Part shown: one piece after another, positions 39,233 to 52,360 of the stretch | Numbering within the stretch: position 1 is the first letter of the stretch | How the letters are laid out: the number at the start of each line of letters is the position of its first letter | Origin: the human T2T-CHM13v2.0 reference genome, Homo sapiens | Reading direction: 5' to 3' (one strand) | Length of the DNA: 64,000 bases | Assembly (NCBI RefSeq): GCF_009914755.1 | Contig: NC_060934.1 | The notes under the pieces: generated by a model | Told to the model about the DNA's origin: nothing | What the model saw: the letters and a program-made list of their open reading frames with translations, nothing else | The model's database searches: none | Position numbers and translations under genes: made by a program

Positions 39233-42200
39233 CTGAAAACAACAACAGTATCAATTATACTACAATTATAAGTCATTGAGCCTTTAGTGTGTGCTGGTTA
39301 CTGTACTAAGCACTTTACACACATTGTCTCATTTAATTGACAACTCTAAAAGATAAGTATATTTACAATTCCTATGCAGCAGATGAGAAACTAAGGCTCA
39401 GAAATGGTAAGAGTCTTGCCTAGGGTTTGCACAGTTTGTAAGGCAGGAACTGGACTCAAATCTGAGCCTTCTGCCAGGCTCAGCAGGGGCCAGGAAAGCT
39501 GGGAGGCCTGTCTGACTGACGTCTTTCCCATGCGGAAATTCCAGCTCTCCCTTGGGCTCTGCTTCCTAAGAGGGTCACCCAGGGCCCTCATCAATGAATC
39601 ATATGGCCCTGGATCAATCTGTCGATCTGACATTGTCTCCCCAGGTCCCAGCAGAGCACAGGTTAATTAATTCTAAACTTCAGAGAGAATTTGGGTGGGT
39701 GCAGATCCAATGAAGAGACAGAGCTGGAGCAAGGGGATTACCTAGACTCTAGAAATGGGTCGGCAGAGCCAAAGAGCCTCCAGAGTCTGCCTTCTGCCTC
39801 TTCATCTCCCACCACAGCCCCACCCAGACCACTGTTGCCTTGGTTCAGCCTCCTGGATAGTTCATCACCAGGCAGCCACCTGGGCCATTCTGTCTGTGTC
39901 TTTGCACATATGATACCCACTGCCCCTAGGGCTCTTCCACTCCCTCCCCATGTGGCAAACTCTTATGGATCTGTCAGGTCAGGCTCTGGAGCCCTTGTCT
40001 GTGGCTCTTCCTGAGTATCCCCATGTCCCAAAGCCCAGCCTGGACCTCCCCCAGGAAGTTCTCTCTAGAAGGCAGTCATGGACAGACACTAGCATATGTG
40101 GCCTTAGTGCCATCGAGACCATGCCTGTGGTCATACCCTGACACTCCTGGCACCCAGGGGCAGCCTATGCACTCCAGGGGCCAGAGCAGATCTGAGGACC
40201 CTGTGGGAGGGGGTTTCACACATGCCGCTGGGCAGGGCTGATCACACAGGCATACTCCATGCCACCTTGGTTCCTACACTTGCTGCACACCTGAGTCACC
40301 TGAGAGGTGAGGAGACCACTCCCAAGATGGTTCTGTCAGTCTGGCACAAGGCCTAGGAAATCAATATCTAGTAAAGCTTCCCAAGGTGATTTTGCGAGAG
40401 CCAGGAAGGCTGGGAGGCAGGTCTGACCCGCTTCTTTCCCTTGCAGAAATCCCAGCTGCTTCCTGAGAGGGCTGCCCAGGCCCTCAGTGATGAATCGTAT
40501 GCCCATAATGGGCCCCTGCTTGGGTCCAGTGCTCTGAAGCTGCCCTCTGGACACTCTTAATAGTTGTGTTTGGAATGTGTGTTTTCTGAGTGAAGTCCCC
40601 AGGACAATGAGCGAGTATACAAAGCTTTGACTTTCAGCAGTCCTGCCTCCCCTCCTCCTTGGAGGGTTCTGGCTGCCAACTCCTCTGCTCTCTGAATCCC
40701 CATGCCTTGCCCAGCCTCCCCTGCCCCTTCATCCTCCCCACACAGTGACCTCTGCTGCCCTCCACTGAGGGCAGCCATGGCTCTCACTGCCCCCTAGTGA
40801 TGCCTTCCTCAGGGGCTGGTGGAGGAAAGGTCCCATGCAGGCACACGCACCCAAGGCATGTCAGAGCAACCATGACAGTGGCTGTCCCCACCCTGGGCCA
40901 GGAGCACCAAAGCTCTTTCCCTGGGCAATTCAGCAGGGACAAGCATCTCACCCACCCAGCTCCCAAGCCAGGTACCAAACGCATCTCCATGCAAAGGGTG
41001 TAACCCCTTGGGGGACCACTGATTGTCTGGGCTGGGACAGCAGAGTCATGGGAAGGGAGCTTGGGCTTTTTCACCCTGCGTGGGGCATGGTGCATGGATC
41101 CAGCAACTGGTGTGGCAAAGTCACAGAGCAGGGTCCCAGGTACCTGCAAGGGTCTCTGTTCACCTTGTGAATATCCCTATGCCCAAGAGAATGTGACATT
41201 AAACAGCAAATAAAAAATAAAAATACCATGACATGATGAGACAGAGAAAGCACATATAGAGAAAAAAGAAAATGTTTTATATTTTAGTTCCTGTGGTGGC
41301 TGCTTTTGAACACAGGGTGCTGCCTCTTCATGTTTCAGTGAGCCTAGTTGCCAGTGTTTCCCACGGGACAGCCATGCTGTAAGGGGAATCTGTTTTGTTC
41401 CCAACACCCACAGGGAAGCAGAAGGAAAGGGTGTGTGTACCAAGAACTCCACTTGGAGGGAGAGATAGGGAGCTACACTGACTGAGAACCCTGGGGACAG
41501 GAAAGGAGGGGCTAAAGCAACAGGGGCAAATGCTCCAGCCCAAGCCAGACAAACAGAGTGACACAGGAAACCCTGGGAATGGGGCCTCCTGTTTCCCAGG
41601 TAAGGGACAGAGGTCTAAAAAGTATTTTACTGAGGGAGCCCTCAGTCACCCTCATACCCTTCTTGCATCTTCCTAGAGGCAAGGGTCCAAGGTCCCCTCT
41701 GAGGATTATAACTAGGGTCCTAGACCTGGTGTGTAGGTCAAGATGCTCGCCCCAGACAGAACTGGGACAATAGCACTGTTCCCATCGCCTGGAGTCTTGG
41801 TACCTAAGCACTGCACAAGCATCCCTGCAGAGCGGGGGAAGCTGGCCCCCATCACAGCAGGTCTGGCCCATCTACCCGGTGGGTAGAGGAGTCTCCAGTC
41901 ACCTAAGCCATGTGACCACAGGGATGTCAGGAAGGGGTCCCTGGGTGAATTGTCCCTTCTTCCCCTCAGCTGAGGGCAGGTGGCTTGAAGGGGATGGGCA
42001 GAGGTGGGACTGGGCTGAGGAGGCCATGGCCCTCTGACTTGCAAGCCCCATACAGGAAGTGTCCTCAGAAGGTTGTAGACCCCCAGAGTGAGCCACCCTG
42101 ACACCCCAGCCCCTCACACACCAGCCTCCTTAGCTTTAGTATTTTCATGCTTTGGGTAACTCAATCTTGCATACCTGGGGTGTAAAAGTTATCATCCCAC

Positions 42201-42849
42201 TTCATATTTTTTGTGCCCATGCAGGTGGACCAGGCACACAGTGGGTGCCCGTCAGCGTGTGCTGCATAAATTGATGCAGCTGGTCATTGCATAGGAATTG
42301 GAGGCCCCTGTCAGGCAGGCATCCCACGTGCACTGACCAGTTTGCTTCAACACTTTCAGGACTCAGGTGTAGAGGAAATGATGTCAGTGCACTGCAACAG
42401 ACATCCCCTTGACAGGGGGGTGCATGGAAGCTGGGATTCAATGGGATTTTGCTGGAGTGAGCCAGAGGTGGGCTCATTGGTGCTCTTCAGGGCAGGAAGG
42501 ACAAGTGGAGGGCGATGCAGGAGCCTGGGAGGGGAGAGCCTCTAGCCATGCCCCACTCAAGCCCTGCCTCCAAGAGGCCCTGAGCAGAGGCCCAGAAAGC
42601 CAAGTTGACAATGTGTGCGCTTCCAGCCCTGGGGGTTGGGGAGATGGGAAAGGCTCACATCCAAATACTCAACATTGACTGAGAAGCTCTCGGCCCCAAC
42701 TGGGCCCTGGACAACAGAGATATGGGCCTGAACATGGACAGATATGTTCTGGGGAGCTCAGGGTGAGACCAGCCACACATGGGGCTCTGCAGGGGACGTG
42801 CTCAGGCTCTGGGGCAGGGAAGGGACAGCCCACACAGCATTTGCCCTTC

Positions 42850-43180
42850 CTGAAAAGCCCACAAGGCTCACTCCTTGTCTTCACCCAGTCTTTGTTCACA
42901 AGATGCCTCCCCAGAGCCACTTTCCTATCTAAAAGAGCACACTCTCCCTCCTACCACCTGCCATGCTCCATCCTCCTCCCTTCTTCGTTGTTTTTTTGTT
43001 TTTGTTTTTTGTTTTTTTTTTTTGCACAAATCACTACCTGGCATTCTTTTATATTTATGTCTTTGTCTGTCTTTGCCGCCTCCTTCTAGAATGTAATCTC
43101 CACATGAAAAGGACTTTGTTTCATTCGCAGCATAGATGGGGGCCTAGAATAGTGCCTGGCACCTGGTAGATGTTTCACAG
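42850..43180 (+). mobile_element. L2 3' end
   Basis: ctagaatgtaatctccacatg...cctagaatagtgcctggcacctggtagatg. Confidence 0.7.
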
Positions 43181-43424
43181 CATTCCCTAGCTGAGGCTGG
43201 GAGGGCCAGCAGGACTCAGCTGGAAGTCACGTGGGGCCCCTTTAACAGGCTGAAGGGAAAACAGCAGCAGTGGGAGGCAGTGATGGTTCTGGCAGAGGTC
43301 TGGGGGAAACTGAATGCCACTGGGGTGTTCCCATGTGAGACCCCATTCAGACACAATTGGCCTCCCGCAACTGCCCACTTCCCTCGCCACCCTCCATCCC
43401 TGCCCAGTCTAGCCCAGTAGTTAC

Positions 43425-43496
43425 CACAACCGATCCCGGCAGATGTAGTGTCATCGGGGCCTCTCCAGCCAACAGGATGAACTCTGGCCTGGAAAA
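43425..43496 (-). CDS. FRMPD2: FRMPD2 exon 9 (pre-FERM), 72 nt, phase 0-0
   Basis: ctccag|TTTTCC ... GTTGTG|gtaact; [24 protein letters not shown] (resembles the PTPN13 pre-FERM PEF segment). Confidence 0.92.
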
Positions 43497-44933
43497 CTGG
43501 AGGAAAACAGTCACATATGGTAGAGAAGACAACAGATTCCAGGCTTTGGGTCTGGGCTTCCCCCATGATGCACCTCTGCAGCCCCCACCAGCATACATTC
43601 CCCAGAGCCAGCAGAAAACAGGCCAAGATGGGGCTGACCTGGGCTGAGGCCCCAGCTGAATGGTACATCTTGGAGCAGAAGTCTTACAGGTGGGTATAGG
43701 GTATCAGCAACATTCTGGCTCTTAAGTTGGGTACAGGGGTGTTCGGGGTGAATTATAAGTTTCATAATTTACACAGAACTCCATCTTTTGTATGTATCAA
43801 AAGTATAAAATGTATAATATAAATATAAATGCAATAAAAATACTTGAAAAAACAAAAATACTTTTAGATTTAGATGAGCTGAAATGTTTTCTAGCTCTAG
43901 ATGTTGAATCAATAGCTTAGTGGGCACCTCTTGTTCTCAGTGTGTTTGTATTACACTTGACCCAGAAAACACTGCAATACCCATCACTAGCTAGACCCAG
44001 CTATCCCCCTGTGGGGTGCATATTCTCAACCCATTTTACAGGTGAGGAAGTTGAGGCTCCTCACCTTTAAAAAAAAAAAAAAAAGCTTAAGAAGCTCACC
44101 TGAGTCATATAACCAGCAAGAGATAGGGTTGGGTAGGGCTTCTATAGTGCCCCCAAGGGTACCTAGCAGGACTCTTGTCCCAAGAGGCCAAAATTCCAGC
44201 CCAGAAGTGACTTGTGTCCTGCAAGAGTTCCCAATAGAAGTATCTCTAGTGAGTGATCAGGAAGAAAAGCCAAAGGAGGTGGACAAAGCCTCTCAGAAGC
44301 CCTCTTCACGCCCTCCACCAAGTTCATGGAGGCCAGAGAAGGGCCAAGGAGGACAGTGCGGGCCAGGCCAGCGTATGGGAACCATAGGCCAAACAGGAAG
44401 AGGGACATCCTGAGGCTATTTGGAGCTCAGCTCAGTCAAGGGACCTTAACTAACTTTGACAGACAGACAGGCACATTCCGCCTAACCCTATTACCCTCTT
44501 AGGGTTAGCCAGCTGGAAGGATAACTCTCTCCTCCCTATAGAAGCCCTCCCTGCGGCCCTGGATCTATGCTCCCACCTTTCACCTGTGCAGAAGGCCCCT
44601 TCCAAACACATTCTGCCTTGTCAGTTCTCGAATCATGTAGCACGCTCTGCCACCACCCTGCGCACCGGTGGCTTCCTCTAGGGTGGGACCCAGCATCTTT
44701 AACCCTACATCTTATACAGCGTCCCCCATAGAGCCTTCCCCAGTGAGGCTACTCAGTGAATGCCTATGCCCTAAGTTGCAAATTTCAGGTTTATGTTAGT
44801 CCAATCCTATAAACCTCAGCCCAGGGAAGTTGTCCCCTAGAAGACCCTGCCCATTTTCAGCCACCGTGCCAGCCACCCACAGCTCCCTGCTCAAGCCTCC
44901 TTGAGGAGTGTCCTTCAGCCTTATTTTGCTTAC

Positions 44934-45066
44934 CTTGCTCCTTCTTTGCAGAAAACCCCTCTGAGAAGGAGTTGTTGGCCATGAGCTGTCTGCTGCCGAG
45001 TGCACAGATCCAGAGCTGAGCCTCCGGCCCGCCTGCTGGTCCTGGGGATCTGCTCCTGGAAGAGCG
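44934..45066 (-). CDS. FRMPD2: FRMPD2 exon 8 (linker), 133 nt, phase 2-0
   Basis: ggccag|CGCTCT ... AGCAAG|gtaagc; [44 protein letters not shown]. Confidence 0.92.
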
Positions 45067-45714
45067 CTGGCCAGGGGTTGAGAAGGGGTGAAGCACTTAG
45101 CAATGGCAAGGGCTTCCATGGCATGAAAGACCACCCGCACAGGGGCTCAGTTGGGCAGGGTGCACCCACTGATGCATGTCACCTTCTCCCCCACCTATGG
45201 GGGAGTTATATCCATTTTTCAAGTGGGGGAAGCTGAGGCCTGGAGAAGCCAGGCTGCACAGCCACTGGGGTGGGGTGGGGTTGGAGGTACAAGGCACAGT
45301 CGACTTCTCCACCCCATGGCTTTACCTCTCTGTTTGTGGTGCCAGGACCCCAGGTCTAGAGCAACCACCCAGCAGGTCATGGGACTGCAGCAGTTCTGGC
45401 TTCTTTAGAATTTGATATGTTGTTCAAAATATTTTGACAATAAAATATATTGTTTAAGGAATCAGGGGGTAAAAATTGTTTTCATTGGGAAAATAAAGTT
45501 TTAAATGGCAGGAAAAAGTATTGCAAGATAAACTCTACGATATCCAATCAGGGCGTCAGCTGTGGATTTGACATCAACTATGACAAGACACTGTTACAGC
45601 CCTCAACAGGTCACCATGTGAATAAATAAATCACCCAAACTTCAAAATAAACACCGTTCCAGGTCCAGGAAGATATGAGCCCATCTAGGTTTTGATCTGA
45701 TTCAAGCATCCTAA

Positions 45715-46272
45715 GTTAGACAATTGCAAAAATGTCCACAGTTCTTCTCCCTGATCTGCACCCTTTGCAATCCGACTTTGCAGCCTCCTGCCATCAAGAG
45801 ATGGAGTCTATTTCTTACTCCTTGAAATGGGGCTGGCCTTTAGGCCTGATATGGCCAACAGAATGAAGTGGAAATGATGGAAGACCAGTTCTGAAGGCTT
45901 TATGCACCTTGCCGTCCTCTCTCCTCTCTCTCCTCTTTCTCTCTGTCTCTCTGTCTCTCTCTCTCTCTCTCAGTTCCTCTCTGTCAGTTCTGCCATTGTC
46001 ACGAGAACAATCCTAGGCTGACCTGCTGGTGGAGGAGAGCCAGAGCTTCCCAGACAATGGCCATTCACCCCGCAGGAGAAGCTGGATAGCCGAGCCGAAG
46101 ACAGTCAAAAAGGCAGGAAGGCTTTCAGCAGAGTCTAGAAGACCTCCCAGCTGAGCACAGCCTAAATGACCAACTCACAGAATCATGAGCTAAATTCATA
46201 ATTGTTGCTTTTAGCCACTGTGTTTTGTGGTTGCTTGTTATGCAGCATGGTATGGCAATGGATAATGGCAAC
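45715..46272 (+). mobile_element. MLT1F/G-type MaLR LTR with (CT)n
   Basis: ccatcaagagatggagtctatttc...tggccaacagaatgaagtggaa...ttgttgcttttagccactgtgttttgtggttgcttgttatgcagca. Confidence 0.8.
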
Positions 46273-46547
46273 AATATTGAGGCATGTTGTTGCTCCGCCA
46301 CTCGGCCTGAGTATGGTTCCCAGAGGAAACAGGATGCCCTGACAGCACAGCTGCCACCAGGCCCCTCATTATCTTGGCTTCGGATCTGCTTAAATGTGGC
46401 TTCTTCATCTGTTAATGGAATAGCATTGGCATTTTCTGGAGGAGCAAGAGGCTTCTTACTAATAATCAGTAAAGAAATAAGGTACCATAGCCCCCACACC
46501 TATGTCTCACATCAAGTTCACAGCACCCTTTAGGCCTTGCTGCTTAC

Positions 46548-46635
46548 CGGTTAACAAGGAGGCTGCAGTGACTGTGTGTCAAGGTGCTCCAATGGGGCTC
46601 TGGTGAGCTCTGGGTCTCCGTGCTTCTTTCTGAAA
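46548..46635 (-). CDS. FRMPD2: FRMPD2 exon 7 (linker), 88 nt, phase 1-2
   Basis: gattag|TTTCAG ... AACCG|gtaagc; (V)[28 protein letters not shown](R); not in the ORF track, phases fit both neighbours. Confidence 0.9.
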
Positions 46636-47302
46636 CTAATCAAGCAGCATGGTAGAGGGTATGGGCAGAAGCCAAGATCACGGCTTTCTTAAATCAGGCA
46701 TCTCAGAGCATGAATGGCATCATGACTTACTAGCTGTGTGACCTTGGTGAAATTCCTTAGCCTCTCTGAATCTGTTTCCTCATGTAGAAAACAGAAATGA
46801 CAGTTACAGAGGGTTGGAGGGAGGGTTACAAGGGAAGATAAAGCCTAATGGCAAAGTGCACTTTGTTTTAGAGACAACAAACAATAACATTAATTTTTTT
46901 AAAAAAAGCTCAGATTTAGTTGAAAAGTAGAGAACAGTAGATTTGAAGATTATTCCAAAAACCACTCTTTTAACACACCCAGAACAATAACTGAAAAAAA
47001 AATCAAGTTTTTCTTTTCTTGTTGTTTGTTTCAATTTGGATTTTCTCAACTTGGACAGTTAGAACTCATTTTTAAAGTTTTCATTTGATATAAATAACTG
47101 TGTTGTGTCCCCAAATAAGACTTTCCTGGGAACACAGGTGAGTCCTAAGCTCAGCCCCTTCTCTTCAGGGGCTTCCTGAAAGAGTGGCACTTACATAGGC
47201 TTTCTCTGCCATCACAATGTGGATGTGTAGCCCATACAGGGCAGGAAAAAATAGAATGGGTACCATCAGCCCACGCAGGGACTGCTTAGGGCACGTACCC
47301 AC

Positions 47303-47435
47303 CTCTGCAAGGATGCAGACACTCCGGGGCCTGTGCCGCTGGGCTCTCGCTGCTTGTCCCACGCAGCCTCTTCCTGAGCAGGTAGCTTCTGTTCTGCTGC
47401 ACAGAGGAGCTTTCCTCCACAACTCTTTTCTCCAC
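47303..47435 (-). CDS. FRMPD2: FRMPD2 exon 6 (linker), 133 nt, phase 0-1
   Basis: ccccag|GTGGAG ... AGAG|gtgggt; [44 protein letters not shown]. Confidence 0.92.
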
Positions 47436-48877
47436 CTGGGGGTCAAGTGCATCACACATCCACATCCCAAGATAAGGAGGGGGCGTTTTTATAGATACAT
47501 GCAAACTGGCTGTCAGACTGAATCAATGTGGAATTGTCTGCCCTATACGGTGACCTAAAGATGTGTTCTCTGGCACCCAGAATGTGCTCTGTGCCCACCC
47601 CCTGCATGCACCCTGAAGGCACTTCACTCCCCACTCCAGACCTGCACACTCACACACATCTGTGCCTTTGCTCATGCATTCCCTCCATGGCTACAGCCTC
47701 CCCAGAAGCTCCTCTGTGCCCACAAGACCCAGAGCTGTGTGCTTTCTACTTCTAAGCCTCTCTACCTCTGCCGTCTGATCACCTTCCCTTATCACTGCAC
47801 TCACACCTGGCTCTGTTGCATCATGTTCCATGAGTGTGCTGCTTGTCTGTCTCCCCCAACATCTCTGTGTGCTTTATGCACCACCGTAGCACACCTAATG
47901 CAGTGCCCAATGAATGTTGAATACGTGACTGACATCTACCTTGCAGATCCCTGACGGAAATGTTGCAGGTCAGTACACTGTCTATCCAAGGACAATGGCA
48001 CACCAGTGGATGGTAGACCTCAGTATCTTTCAAATAAATATAGTCCATTTCCCCCACCAAATCCTCTGGCTCAATTCATAGGAGCCACATGTTCCTATGC
48101 CAAGAGAGAAGGGGTCCAAGAAGGAGGCCTTCTCTGATGGCAGAGGCCTTCTCTGATTGACTGTTGCCGCTGTCCACCCTGCTGTCCCCACATCTCCATC
48201 CACTTTGGCCCTCATTAATCCTGCTCTCAGCTCTCCAACTTGTCCCTGGACAAGTGCAGCCACTCAACTGGCCTCTAGCTTACCTGTCTCTGGTTCCTCC
48301 CAAATACAAACTTCCTTACATTTTGTGCCATAGGCACCTCACTTGCCCATCCTATCCCAGCTCCACTCAGGTCTCATGGGGGACCAACTCCATGGTGCCA
48401 TTCCTGCAACAGAGCTCCCCAGGGGGCCAGGCTGGGCCTGTCTCCAGCTGAGACTATATCCTTCAACTTGTCAGCTGTACTACCATCACTCCCCTCTCCC
48501 AGGAACATTTCCCCAGTAAATAACTTGCACAAGAATCCCTGTCTCTGGGTTAGCTTGGAGGGAATCCAACCTAAGCCAAATGCCTCCCATGTGCCAGGCC
48601 CCTTGCTGCACTCTGTGGAGTGCACAGGGCAGCAAGCAGCACAGTGTGACAAGCACAACAAAGGACACCCCACAGGTATAAAATAGCAGAGGGGAGGGTA
48701 CCCAGGGACCACAAAAACGAAGTCGGGGAAGGCTTCTGTGCAGAACCTAGAGTTGAATTTTGATAAGAAAACTGAATCATGGGTTCTAAACATTATTGCT
48801 TTATGTAAGGACGCACTTGCAAAGATGTCAAGGGTCTTAGCCATGTGACAAACTGGGGCTTGCCTAAAGGTCTTTGT

Positions 48878-49092
48878 TAGCACTGCCCAATAGAACTGCA
48901 ATGACAAGAATGTTCTAGATCCACCCTGTTCAATAGGGTCATCACCTGCTACGAGTGGCAACGGAGCACTTGAAATGTGACAGATGTGACTGATTAATTT
49001 AATTTTTTATTTTATTTTAGTTAATGATAATATAACTAATTCAAATTTTAATAGCCACACATGACCAGCAGCTACTGCTTGAAAAGCACGGT
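48878..49092. mobile_element. MER3 (hAT-Charlie MITE) ending about 11 nt from the exon 5 donor
   Basis: agcactgcccaatagaactgcaatg...gagcacttgaaatgtg...aatagccacacatgaccagcagctac. Confidence 0.75.
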
Positions 49093-49103
49093 TCTCTACT
49101 GAC

Positions 49104-49295
49104 CTCAGAAATGGTACCCAGAACCAAGCCAACCAGCCTTCTGATGTGGAGACCAGCAGGGGCTGGGTAGACAGACACTTCTTTCTCATGAACCCGACAA
49201 GCTTCCAGAACCGACTGCAACGTGCACCGCCTGTGAGGCTGGTCTTCACACATGGTCAGCAGGATGGAGTGCAGGGGCTCGCAGAGCTGCAGGGG
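49104..49295 (-). CDS. FRMPD2: FRMPD2 exon 5 (KIND C-terminal part), 192 nt, phase 0-0
   Basis: ctccag|CCCCTG ... TCTGAG|gtcagt; [64 protein letters not shown]. Confidence 0.95.
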
Positions 49296-50931
49296 CTGGA
49301 GGCAGACAGGGCCGGTGAGAGGAGAGAGCAGCCAGAGCTGCCGCTACGAGGCCAGCACCTTGTCAGGCAGGCCTTGGAGACATGGAAACGGGTGTTCCCA
49401 CAAGCACCAGAGCAGATGCCTGCCCCTTCTGGAGAGTTTAAGGACAGACACAAGATCCATCACTGAGGCCGCAAAGTGCGGAGCAATCATCTCTGCAGCA
49501 ATTCTGTGTTGTCTGCTGCTTTCTAAACCAGAACATCCTTCTGCCCAAGCACATGCTTGGAATGCTCATGAAAAATAGATGCTTTGACAAGATGGATTTC
49601 CACCTGTGCCAAGCACCCCAAATCAAACCAGAGGTCAGCCTTTCACTCAAGTTCACCTGCGTAGCTTGTCATTGTATCCAGTCACTCAGGGGGTCTCACT
49701 TGGCCTTTCCCCTGGAATGTGAGCTCCTGGAACATACAGACTGTGGCCTATTCCTGTTCACTTCGGAACAGCCAGCAGTCAGCACAAATGCTCAATCGTT
49801 GTTGGTTGAACTTTATGTCACGTGTACACATCGAGCAAAAGAAAACAGAAGCATCTTATAAGCATTTCCCTCATGCATTTAAATGACCACAATTCATAGG
49901 AGAAAGTCCTCAAATTCAGATTCAAAATCAGACTTTTTCTCAAGCTCAACCCACACTGCAGGTCACTTTCCAGATAAAGGCTGCACTACCGCTTCTTGCT
50001 GGGGAGCATCAGCTGTGAGCACCTATCTCTGTGTACAGCCAAGCTGCTGAGTCCTGCCGTCACAGTAAATCCAGGCGTCTTTTGTGCCTGGTGCTGCACA
50101 GCCACACCAGATACAGTCCCTGCCTTCAGGAAAATAATGGTGTGATGAGAGAGACGGTCACTAAAAGAGACAAAGACCATAGAGGATGACAAGGACTTTC
50201 ACCTTGGGAAGCACAGGCCATGGCACTAATGTAGAGGAAGGGGCTTAGCCAAGGCTAGAGTTAACCAAGAGGAAAGTGGGGAGTGAGGTGCTGGTGAAGG
50301 GATCCGTGTGTACAAAGGCACGAAGATGCAGATGAGCTGACATGCATCTGAAGGGAAGGGGATTATGAGCAGGACAGGGGCCTGGGGGAAAATAGCAATG
50401 TGGGGTCCCTTGTTCAAAATTATTAAGAATTCCAGGACAGTGATAGCAGAGCATTAAACTAAGTGCAGGACCCTGTGCTATGACACAGGGTCACACACTC
50501 AGGACACACACCCAGGAAGCCGGTCCTGATTATGGCAGAGTGCCAAAGGGGAACCAGACGGGAGCAGGGACCCTATCCTAGGCTCCAGGTGTGTCTCACT
50601 GAGAAGTCAGAAGGCAACCCCACGGCCAGTGAGGCGTTACAAAAGGTTGCATGTGAGAGTGGTCGTGAGCTGGTCTCTTAGAAAGACCACCCAGGAAGAG
50701 CCCGGATGTTGAATTGGAGAGGGTCGGGGTGAGTAGAAAGAAAGGCAGGAAGGAAGGGAGGAGGAGGGAGGGATCCAGTCTAGCCAGGTCAGCTAGGCAG
50801 GGCTCTCCAGCAGGTGTTCTTGTGGCACCAGTCTCTAAGGAATTGTTATAGTATCAGATGGAAATGTACACAAACACTTCTATTCTGTAGTTGAAAATTG
50901 TGTAAAATATTAGGATATTTTTATGTAGTTC

Positions 50932-51227
50932 TTTTTTGAGACAGGGTTTTGCTCTGTTGCCCAGGCTGGAGTGCAGTGGTTTGATCTCCACTCACTTCAA
51001 CCTTCCCCTCCCGGCCCCCGGGGTTTAAGCGATTCTCATGCCTCAGCCTCCCAAGTAGCTGGGACTATAGGCATACACCACCACACCCAGCTAATTTTTT
51101 TATTTGTAGTAGAGACAGGGTTTTGCCATGTTGGCCAGGCTTGTCTCGAACTCCTGAGCTCAAGTGGTCTCCCCACCTCAGCCTCCCAAAGTGCTGGGAC
51201 TATAGGCGTGAGCCACCATGGCCAGCC
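50932..51227 (-). mobile_element. Alu
   Basis: ttttttgagacagggttttgctctgttgcccaggctggagtgcagtgg...ggcgtgagccaccatggccagcc. Confidence 0.95.
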
Positions 51228-51726
51228 AGGATAAAGTTAAGTTTCTAAGCTTTAAGCCTTCTTGTAGTTTTTAAAAAATGACTCTAAAAAATCTTTGAGA
51301 GGGAGATATTGTAGGGAGCATTTACCCAAATCTATTGAGCCCAGAAGCCTTTTTCAGGGAAGCATCTCACTTTGGGAAGGGTTGTTTTAAAGCCTTTTTA
51401 AAATATATGTAAATCTGTATCTTCAGTGTCTATAAAATTCTCTAGCTTGCTATTAATACTTCCTCTGAGCGGAGATGGCCAAACTTATCCTGCTTGCCAG
51501 TCCCAAATTGTGGCTGCCTGGAGTGCTATGTTGAGTGGGATTCTGAGGTTGTTTCTGCACTAGCAGGAAGGAGTTGTGTGATAAGTTCTCAACGCCTGCC
51601 TAGGACCTAGAGGACGGGAGAGTGGCATTATGTGTGCTCAGTAAATGTGGTCCCTGCCCAGGAGAAAACCACTAAATAAACCCAGAGACACAGCCCGGCA
51701 AGACTTGGAGTATCTTGTTTACAAAC

Positions 51727-51792
51727 CTGATGTGGCGGAACATGAAACCCTGCTGACCAGTAGAGGGTCATTCCTAAAGAATAGACATGCAT
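51727..51792 (-). CDS. FRMPD2: FRMPD2 exon 4 (KIND), 66 nt, phase 0-0
   Basis: gggcag|ATGCAT ... CATCAG|gtttgt; [22 protein letters not shown] (KIND YSLGxTL motif). Confidence 0.93.
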
Positions 51793-51879
51793 CTGCCCAA
51801 AAGAAGAGTACATGATTAGATTTCAATCATCTCTGTTATTCCATGGCTCTGCAAGAAAAATACAATCCAATTTCCACAT

Positions 51880-52360
51880 GAACAGACACTGTTGTCTGGC
51901 GAGTCTAGCACCATCTGCAACTCCCTTAACCCTTGTTACCTCCTACTCCGGAGGCTAGAAAGCCAGAAATTTGCTTTCTAGCAGAAACCATGACACTCAG
52001 TTTTGGTGAAAGGCGTGAGAGAAATCTGTTAGGGGGCTTCTGATAAGGCTTTTGCTTTACTGACAAAAGGACACATGTGACTGGCCCCACACTTTCCCCT
52101 TTGTTCCTGCCTTCAAAATTGATGTGATTGATACATGGAGTCTTCGCAGCCATTCCGTGACAATGAGGCAGCAAGCATAGGACAGAAAGCCAGCCACTGG
52201 GGAAGGTAGAATGGAAATACACAGCCTGGATCCTTGATGACATGAAACGGCTGCTGACCAATCCCTAGACCTCTTGTTTAGTAACTAACAACCATATCTT
52301 TGGCCCTGGCCATTGTATTTTAGGCCTTCTGTTTCCATGACACATTACAGTTCAGCCTGA
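51880..52360 (+). mobile_element. Old MaLR LTR (MLT1K/L-like), approximate
   Basis: gcagccattccgtgacaatgagg...aaatacacagcctggatccttgatgacat...ctagacctcttgtt. Confidence 0.6.

Noticed and set aside
48374-48961. Longest ORF (195 aa, minus strand)
   Set aside because: No recognisable domain, starts inside a MER3 element, and has no exon-like splice support.
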